From the NCBI GenBank assembly GCA_002291895.1, contig DBAX01000009.1, positions 3,854 through 27,853 of the forward strand: 24,000 nucleotides of DNA. The letters run 5' to 3'. Of this stretch, positions 7,988-14,006 are shown piece after piece. Position 1 is the stretch's first letter. Each line of letters starts with the position of its first letter. The notes under the pieces were generated by a model. It was not told the DNA's origin. It did no database searches and worked only from the letters and a program-made list of their open reading frames with translations. The translations under genes were made by a program, and so were the position numbers. This DNA comes from Cyanobacteria bacterium UBA999 (lineage in GTDB: Bacteria; Cyanobacteriota; Cyanobacteriia; Pseudanabaenales; Pseudanabaenaceae).

Positions 7988-10570
7988 ATGGCGGTGGTCG
8001 GGGACTGGCTGTCCCGCTTAAAACCCAAACGCCTGGCGATCGCCGAGGCCTGCTTGATCGGCCTGCTGGTGGGTCTGGCGGCGGTGCTTCTCAAAATTTT
8101 GGTCGGCGAAGTCGGCGGGCTGCGGTTGCGCGTGGCCCAACTGGTACCCTATGGTTTGGGGCTCCCCCTCTTTGGCATGGTAGCCGGGGCGATCGCCGGA
8201 TGGCTGACCATGACAACCCCCCAAACGGCGGGCAGCGGGATTCCGCCGATCAAGGCTGCCCTTGGTTACGTACCCCTCACCCTCAACGCTCAGAGCGCCC
8301 TCGTCAAGCTCTTGGCTGCCACAGTGGTGCTCGGCGGTGGCTTTGCCCTGGGGCGTCAGGGCCCAACGGTGTATATCGGCGCGGCCCTAGCAGCCCAACT
8401 CGGCCGGCTTTTGCCCACCTCGCCGGAATACCAGCGGCAGTTACTAGCGGCAGGGGCGGCCGCAGGGTTGGCGGCGGGCTTTAATGCTCCTTTGTCGGGG
8501 GTAATGTTTGTCGTTGAGGAACTACTCCACGATGTGTCGAGCATCACCCTGACCACCAGCATTCTGGCGTCCTTTGTCGGCGGGGTCGTGCCCCAAATCA
8601 TTGGCGGCGGGCCGGCGGAATTTGACAGCATCGCCCAACTGCCCGGGCTGGCGATTTCCTTCCGAGAAATTCCCTACTTTGTGCTTTTAGGAGTGCTCGC
8701 GGGTTTGGCCGGCGCCTGGCTGCAGCGCTCAATTCTGACCGGCATCCAATATTGGCGGCGCTGGTTGCCCCAGTCCCTGATGCTACGGATGGCGATCGCC
8801 GGTCTGCTGACAGGCTGGATGCTCAGTTTTCTGCCTGCCAACTTTTGGGATAGCGCCGGGCTGCAACAATTGCTGTCCCGCGGCCAGGGGGATTGGCTTT
8901 TTATCGTCCAAACCCTGTTTGCCCGCATGGCCTTGACGCTTTTAGCCTGCAGTGCCGAGGCCCCGGGCGGATTGTTTTTACCCAGCCTGATCCTGGGCTC
9001 TGCCATGGGTTCTCTAGTGGGTTTGGGCGAGCAGTACGTCACTGGTGGGGGGGGAACGGTTGAGGTTTATGCTCTCGCCGGCATGGGGGCCTTCTTCGGT
9101 GCGGTTTCCAAGGCTCCGATCACGGCAATTATGATCGTGTTTGAGACCACCAGAAGTTTCTCTTTGGTGCTGCCCCTGATGGTCGGCGGCATTACTGCCT
9201 ACCTGGTGGCGGAAAAATGCTCCCCTGGCTCTCTTTACAGTCGGCTGTTGGCAACCAACGGCATCCTCCTTCCCGATGGTCAAAGTGAGGTGCTCTGGCA
9301 AAAGTTGACGGCTGGACAAGTGATGCGATCGCCCGTAGAAACCCTATCCAGTTCCCTGACACTCGACGAGGCCAGCATTGCCTTCGCCAAGTCCCACCAT
9401 CGGGGATTTCCGGTCATGGAGGGGACGCGGCTGGTGGGCATCGTTACCGAGACCGATCTGGCCCATGCCCGGCGGGAGCAAATGTCTCCGGATACGGCCC
9501 TTACCCAAATCATGACCCCCAATCCCATCACCGTGGGCTGGCAGGAACCCCTAGCCCGGGTGCTGTACCTGCTGTCCCACTACCGGCTGTCGCGCTTGCC
9601 AGTGCTGGAGCACCAAAAACTGGTGGGGATCATTACCCGCAGTGACATCCTGCGGGTGGAAGCAGCACAGCTCGACCTCACCCAAACAACGGCGATCGCC
9701 ACGTCTTCCTATTGTGCCTATGCTACCCGCGCCCCTGCTACGGGCAACGGACGCCTCCTGCTCCTATTGCGGGAACAAAGCCAGGTGGATCTTTTTATGC
9801 GCTTTGCCCTGGCGATCGCCCAGGAACATCAGTGGGAGCTTGAGTGCCTCCACGTTATTACCATCACCCCCGACCGCGCCCCCGCCACCACCCCCGTCGA
9901 CCTAGAACCGGGTATTTCCCTGCTACAATCGGCCCAAAAGCTAGCCCAGGGCTGGGGTGTCCCGGTGCACACCCAAATCCGGGTGGCCCATCGGCTCAGC
10001 GACTGCAGCCTGGAGGTTGTCCAGGAGCGGACGATTCGCCTGATGCTGACCGGCTGGCATGACCCCAACCGTTCCGTGAACCGGGACTGGCAGGAATTGC
10101 TGCGCCTATCCCCCTGCGACCTGCTGATGATTCGACCCATCGCCCATAGGAGCACGGACATCATCCCCCCCCTCAACCGTTGGTTTATCCCCACCGCTGG
10201 GGGGCCCAACAGCACGTGTGCCCTCGATCTGCTGCCCGCCCTCATCGGCATCAGCCAGCAACCGGAAGTTGCCCTTTGCCAGATTCGCTCCCCCCACACC
10301 GACTACGGCAGTTTCAGCCTTGAGCGCAGTGTTCGGCTCCTGGAGCAGCGCCTACCTTGCCCTGTGGTTCCCCAATGCCTTGATGCCCCCAATGTGCCCC
10401 AGGCGATCGCCCAGGCTGCCATGGAGCAGCGGGCCCAGGTTATCCTGCTGGGGGCCAGCCGCGAAAGCTTTTTGCAGCAGGCGTGGCAGGGCAGCATTCC
10501 CGAAGCAGTTGCCCGTCAATGCCCTTGCACCGTTGTTGTTTTCCGCAGGGCCGAGCCTCCCCAGTCCTAG
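7988..10570 (+). CDS. ClC-family chloride channel/antiporter fused to a CBS pair and tandem USP domains
   Basis: 860 aa. ClC motifs are GSGIP (8231-8245), GRQGP (8351-8365), GFNAPLSGVMFVVEEL and GGLFLP. A CBS pair and two USP-like modules follow (listed separately). Confidence 0.9.
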   Translation: MAVVGDWLSRLKPKRLAIAEACLIGLLVGLAAVLLKILVGEVGGLRLRVAQLVPYGLGLPLFGMVAGAIAGWLTMTTPQTAGSGIPPIKAALGYVPLTLNAQSALVKLLAATVVLGGGFALGRQGPTVYIGAALAAQLGRLLPTSPEYQRQLLAAGAAAGLAAGFNAPLSGVMFVVEELLHDVSSITLTTSILASFVGGVVPQIIGGGPAEFDSIAQLPGLAISFREIPYFVLLGVLAGLAGAWLQRSILTGIQYWRRWLPQSLMLRMAIAGLLTGWMLSFLPANFWDSAGLQQLLSRGQGDWLFIVQTLFARMALTLLACSAEAPGGLFLPSLILGSAMGSLVGLGEQYVTGGGGTVEVYALAGMGAFFGAVSKAPITAIMIVFETTRSFSLVLPLMVGGITAYLVAEKCSPGSLYSRLLATNGILLPDGQSEVLWQKLTAGQVMRSPVETLSSSLTLDEASIAFAKSHHRGFPVMEGTRLVGIVTETDLAHARREQMSPDTALTQIMTPNPITVGWQEPLARVLYLLSHYRLSRLPVLEHQKLVGIITRSDILRVEAAQLDLTQTTAIATSSYCAYATRAPATGNGRLLLLLREQSQVDLFMRFALAIAQEHQWELECLHVITITPDRAPATTPVDLEPGISLLQSAQKLAQGWGVPVHTQIRVAHRLSDCSLEVVQERTIRLMLTGWHDPNRSVNRDWQELLRLSPCDLLMIRPIAHRSTDIIPPLNRWFIPTAGGPNSTCALDLLPALIGISQQPEVALCQIRSPHTDYGSFSLERSVRLLEQRLPCPVVPQCLDAPNVPQAIAQAAMEQRAQVILLGASRESFLQQAWQGSIPEAVARQCPCTVVVFRRAEPPQS
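9320..9661 (+). other. CBS-domain pair inside the ClC protein
   Basis: VMRSPVETLSSSLTLDEASIAFAKSHHRGFPVMEGTRLVGIVTETDL and IMTPNPITVGWQEPLARVLYLLSHYRLSRLPVLEHQKLVGIITRSDIL. Confidence 0.8.
9749..10552 (+). other. Two USP-like (universal stress protein) modules at the ClC C-terminus
   Basis: GRLLLLLREQSQVDLFMRFALAIAQEHQWELECLHVI... and RWFIPTAGGPNSTCALDLLPAL...AQVILLGASRESFLQQAWQGSIPEAVARQCPCTVVVFR match the USP beta-alpha pattern. Recognition is by eye only. Confidence 0.6.
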
Positions 10571-11568
10571 GTACAGGACTTGACCTTAGCCATCAGGGCC
10601 TGCAGGTGGGCTGGCAAGTCCGCCGTCGGGCACCATATCGGCGCTGGCAGGTGCCCTTCGGGGGCAGTTGTCGAAAACTGTAGCTGATTGGGGTTAAGCC
10701 ACACCCCCTCCCGCCGCCAACCAAGGCGATCGCCCAAGTGCTGCCACGTCCCTCCAGCCGGGGCCAGGAGTTCGGCGATGGGGTCGGAGGCCACTACCGT
10801 CGGCAGCAATTGCTTGAGCGCCCCAGAACTGGAAATACTCTCCACCTTGCCCGACACCACGAAGTCCTGGGCCTGCTTGATCTCCTTAATCACCACGGGA
10901 GCAAGGACGCGAAATGAATTGTTGGTGTTGACTACCGCGCCCTTAATATCCTTCATCAGCGCCTGCCAAGATCCAAGCCCTGCTCCCATGTCTTGCAGTT
11001 GCTGACAGAGGGCGGCCAAGTTTTGCCGGCTCGTGGGTGTATCGGGCAGCTTGAACAAGTTCAGCAGATCCCGCAACCGATGGGGAACCTCCTGCTGAAA
11101 GCGCGTCACTGTTTCGGCACTCAATGCGGGCGCAGCCCCTTGCCCCGCAAGGTGATCCATGTAGCTTTTAAGTTCCTCTAGGACGGGCTGGGACTCAACC
11201 ATGACCGCCGCCGCGGTTTGGGGCGACAATCCATCGGGGCCCTCGAGGTAGTCTAGAAGCTCTTTGATCTTGTCGCACCCCTTCAAAAACAGGGATTGCA
11301 ACTTTTGATCTACGGGAAAGTTGGGTTCATCCCGCAGAACCCGAAAATGATCCTCAAGGGCATGGGACAGTTGCCTTAGGCTGTCCAATCTCAGCATTGC
11401 GGCACCGCCCTTGATGGAGTGGGCAGCACGGAAAATGCTGTTAATTCCTTCGCCCTCGGGATCCTTCAGCGTTTCCGGGAGGTTGATCAGCCCGTCCTCC
11501 ATGGCCTGCAAGTTTTCCTTGCTTTCCTCAATAAAGTAGCCAATGATTTTTTTTTGCTTGTCGTCCAT
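10567..11568 (-). CDS. Stand-alone Hpt (histidine phosphotransfer) protein whose C-terminal tail resembles the second half of a GUN4 domain
   Basis: 333 aa. The N-terminal Hpt four-helix pattern has the phospho-His motif FRAAHSIKGGAAML (H50 codon at 11419-11421). The SD-like TAGGAA lies 7 nt upstream of ATG 11568. The tail GGTWQHLGDRLGWRREGVWLNPNQLQFSTTAPEGHLP is GUN4-like. Confidence 0.8.
   Translation of the reverse strand: MDDKQKKIIGYFIEESKENLQAMEDGLINLPETLKDPEGEGINSIFRAAHSIKGGAAMLRLDSLRQLSHALEDHFRVLRDEPNFPVDQKLQSLFLKGCDKIKELLDYLEGPDGLSPQTAAAVMVESQPVLEELKSYMDHLAGQGAAPALSAETVTRFQQEVPHRLRDLLNLFKLPDTPTSRQNLAALCQQLQDMGAGLGSWQALMKDIKGAVVNTNNSFRVLAPVVIKEIKQAQDFVVSGKVESISSSGALKQLLPTVVASDPIAELLAPAGGTWQHLGDRLGWRREGVWLNPNQLQFSTTAPEGHLPAPIWCPTADLPAHLQALMAKVKSCT
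10570..10791 (-). other. GUN4-like domain, C-terminal half
   Basis: W-x2-(L/F)-x-D-R-(L/V)-G-W ... P-x-G-H-L-P matches the conserved second half of GUN4 domains (compare plant GUN4 ...FFVKVEWMK...PLGHLP). Confidence 0.6.
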
Positions 11569-11582
11569 GGATGGTTCCTACC

Positions 11583-12131
11583 CTATTGCCCTACAACTTG
11601 TGACGAAATCCGCTGCTGCACGCTGAAGCCAAATCGCCCCTGGCTGTGCTTTACCCAAAGGCCATCCATTTGCTGGAGAATGGCGCAGGGTAGCTGCTCA
11701 AGGTCGGCGGCGGTGATGGCAGAATCCTTGGGCTTTTGCAGTGCTTGGCAGAGCAACCGCCACGTTTCGATGTTGGCTTCCCGCCACCGGCTGGCCCGCA
11801 GTAGGGCTTCGAGATTGGCAAAGGAAAGGCTCGGCAGCACGGCTGCTACTGGAGCAAAGCCCTCGGCCCGCCGCCGGAAGTGGAGGGTCATGGTCATTCC
11901 CCCGGTGGGAGCCTGATGCCCCACAAGCACCACTTCCCCAGACTCCGTAATCCGAACTGGCATAGAGATTTCCTCAAGGGCAAGTCCGGTACCGCCGTCG
12001 GGAATAATTTGGCTTACAAAGTGGGAGAGCCTCTGCAAGCTTAGCTTGACGGCTTGGGCGTCGATGACACGGGTATCAGTGCGGGTGCCATCGGCTGTCG
12101 TAACCTCAATTAAGATCTCTTCCTTGCTCAT
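11583..12131 (-). CDS. Two-domain ORF: Trypco2/CU044_2847-like N-terminal domain plus a truncated (N-terminal half) GUN4-like domain
   Basis: From ATG 12131 the protein reads MSKEEILIEVTTADG...LALEEISMPVRITESGEVVLVGHQAPTGGMTMTLHFRR. That beta-rich pattern recalls trypsin-co-occurring domain 2 (tentative). Then comes FANLEALLRASRWREANIETWRLL...LEQLPCAILQQMDGLWVKHSQGRFGFSVQQRI (GUN4 first half), followed by 7 aa and TAG. The start overlaps the upstream ClC gene by 26 nt. Confidence 0.65.
   Translation of the reverse strand: MSKEEILIEVTTADGTRTDTRVIDAQAVKLSLQRLSHFVSQIIPDGGTGLALEEISMPVRITESGEVVLVGHQAPTGGMTMTLHFRRRAEGFAPVAAVLPSLSFANLEALLRASRWREANIETWRLLCQALQKPKDSAITAADLEQLPCAILQQMDGLWVKHSQGRFGFSVQQRISSQVVGQ
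11607..11828 (-). other. GUN4-like domain, N-terminal half
   Basis: The W-x-EA(D/N)-x-ET ... PC-x2-L-x2-(I/M)D-x-LW-x3-S-x-GRFGFSVQ pattern is present. Confidence 0.7.
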
Positions 12132-13986
12132 GGGGCTTTTGCAGGTAGCGGTGGACGGGGACGGCGGGCGGTTCTGGCGGAATGTTGGCACTGATTGTAT
12201 CAGCAGTGGGTCTTTCTGGCTCTATGCTATCCAATTTCTGGTGGGCGGAGATTTTTTCGGCGATCGCCCTTTTGGTGAGGGCCGTAGCATGGGCCGTGGC
12301 GATCGCCTGACGCTCTACAACGCCAATTACCCGCTTGGTCTGGTGCCGATCTACTACGGGCAGTTGGCGCAAATCCCGGGCAGCCATGCGTTTCAGGGCG
12401 GCGGCTAGGGTTTCGTCGGCATAGGTAAACAGCACTTCGGGGGTGTAGGCATCGGCAACGATCAGGCTCTCGGGCGATCGCTGGGGAAAGGCAGATAGGG
12501 CACGCTTAATGTCTTGGGTGGTCAGGATTCCCGACAAATGATTGTTTTCGTCTAGGACGAGCACGCTGTGGTAGTAGCCACTGGTAACAAACTGCGCCGC
12601 CTGGAGCAGGGGCATCTGACTTTTGAGGCATAGCGGATTGAGGGTCATCACCTCGGCGATTTTGATATTGGAAAGCACATCAAGGTCGATCGCCGATTCC
12701 TGGGCAGCCACAGCCACGGCGGGAGCCTCCGGTACCGCAGGATAGACCTGTTCTACCAACCAAGAGCAAAAACCCACGCTGGCCATAAGGGGGAGCACAA
12801 TGCGATAGTCGCGGGTGAGTTCAAAGAGCAGGAGCACCGATGTCAGAGGAGCCCGCACCGTGCCCGCCAAGAGCGCTGCCATTCCCATCAGGGCATAGGC
12901 GGGTGGGGCGGAAATGACCACGGAGTCCGGTAAGACCAGGGGGAGCACTGTGGCGTAGAGGGCCCCGAGCACCGCTCCCAGGAAAATTGCGGGCGCGAAA
13001 ATTCCTCCCACAAAGCCCGATCCCAGGCACAGGGCAGTGAGCAGCACCTTACCGACCAGCAGTTGGGACAGCAGGGCGGGGGAGAAGGGAGCCCCCTGGA
13101 GAATGCCCTCCACAGTTTCGTAGCCTACGCCCAAAATTTCGGGCACCACGAGGGCCACCATCCCGGTAATCCACCCTCCTAGAAGCAGTTTCAGCACGGG
13201 AGGCACCGTACCGGTCAGGGCAGCTTTCATCCAAGTTAGGCAGCGGTTGAAGGCGATCGCCACGCCACTGCAGAGCACGCCCAAACCCACATAGAAAATG
13301 TACTCCCCGTAGCTACGGAGTTCGTACACTGGCAGGTGAAAGGCGGCTTCGGGCCCAAGCCCCACCTGGGCAATAATTGCAGACAGCACTGCCGCCAAAA
13401 CCACGGCACTGATATCGGTGTTGGTCTGCCCACCTCCGGTGCCGTAGACGCTGCGCAGGGAAACTTCAAGGGCAAAGAAAACCCCGGCAATTGGGGCATT
13501 GAAGCCGGCTGCCAGACCGCCTGCGGCGCCCGCGGCCATGAGCAGTCGGGTGCGCTCCGTCGAGAATTGCAACTGTTGCCCTAACCAGCGGGCCAGCTGA
13601 CTACCTAGTTCCACGCTGGGCCCTTCAGGCCCCAGGGAAGCCCCTGCCCCCAGGGAGACTACGGCCATCAGAGCCCGCAGCAGGGTCTGCCCCAGGTTGG
13701 TTTGCTCGGCGTTGGTCTGGGTCAGGCGATCACCCCACCCCCGCAGGAGGGCAACCAAGAGGGCCCCCAGCACCGGGATGACAGCGACAGAAATGGCCGC
13801 CACGGGCATCAGCCAGTGGAGCAGTTGCTCCCAGTAAAAACCCTCAGCCCAGGCAATACTTTTGCGAAACAGCGTCACGGCCGAGCCAGCCACCACACCT
13901 ACGGCGATCGCCGAGCCCAGCACCACCGTTGCCGCTGAGGGTTGGAAGCGGTTGAGTATGGCAACCAACAGACGGGAGGTGGTCAT
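12106..13986 (-). CDS. ClC-family chloride channel/antiporter with C-terminal CBS pair
   Basis: 626 aa. ClC motifs are GPEGP (13618-13632), GFNAPIAGVFFALEVS, GGIFAP and RAPLTSVLLLFELTRDY. The CBS pair is IAEVMTLNPLCL...LSGILTTQDI and ...LRQLPVVDRHQTKRVIGVVERQAI. ATG 13986 lies 20 nt after the upstream gene's stop. Confidence 0.9.
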   Translation of the reverse strand: MTTSRLLVAILNRFQPSAATVVLGSAIAVGVVAGSAVTLFRKSIAWAEGFYWEQLLHWLMPVAAISVAVIPVLGALLVALLRGWGDRLTQTNAEQTNLGQTLLRALMAVVSLGAGASLGPEGPSVELGSQLARWLGQQLQFSTERTRLLMAAGAAGGLAAGFNAPIAGVFFALEVSLRSVYGTGGGQTNTDISAVVLAAVLSAIIAQVGLGPEAAFHLPVYELRSYGEYIFYVGLGVLCSGVAIAFNRCLTWMKAALTGTVPPVLKLLLGGWITGMVALVVPEILGVGYETVEGILQGAPFSPALLSQLLVGKVLLTALCLGSGFVGGIFAPAIFLGAVLGALYATVLPLVLPDSVVISAPPAYALMGMAALLAGTVRAPLTSVLLLFELTRDYRIVLPLMASVGFCSWLVEQVYPAVPEAPAVAVAAQESAIDLDVLSNIKIAEVMTLNPLCLKSQMPLLQAAQFVTSGYYHSVLVLDENNHLSGILTTQDIKRALSAFPQRSPESLIVADAYTPEVLFTYADETLAAALKRMAARDLRQLPVVDRHQTKRVIGVVERQAIATAHATALTKRAIAEKISAHQKLDSIEPERPTADTISANIPPEPPAVPVHRYLQKPHEQGRDLN

Positions 13987-14006
13987 AACCCCAAGCCATC
14001 TCCTCG

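Noticed and set aside
8357-8359. Dismissing the Gln at the ClC gating-Glu position as a sequencing error
   Set aside because: It cannot be excluded, because CAG is one nucleotide from GAG. However, the same protein also has Phe at the central-Tyr position, so two independent coupling residues are changed. It is kept as a finding with this caveat.
11569-11585. The possibility that the split GUN4 is merely a sequencing frameshift between the two ORFs
   Set aside because: The two GUN4 halves are separated not by a point frameshift but by about 800 nt. That stretch encodes a coherent Hpt domain with its own SD and ATG. Stops occur in both relevant frames (TAG at 11583-11585 and 11578-11580).
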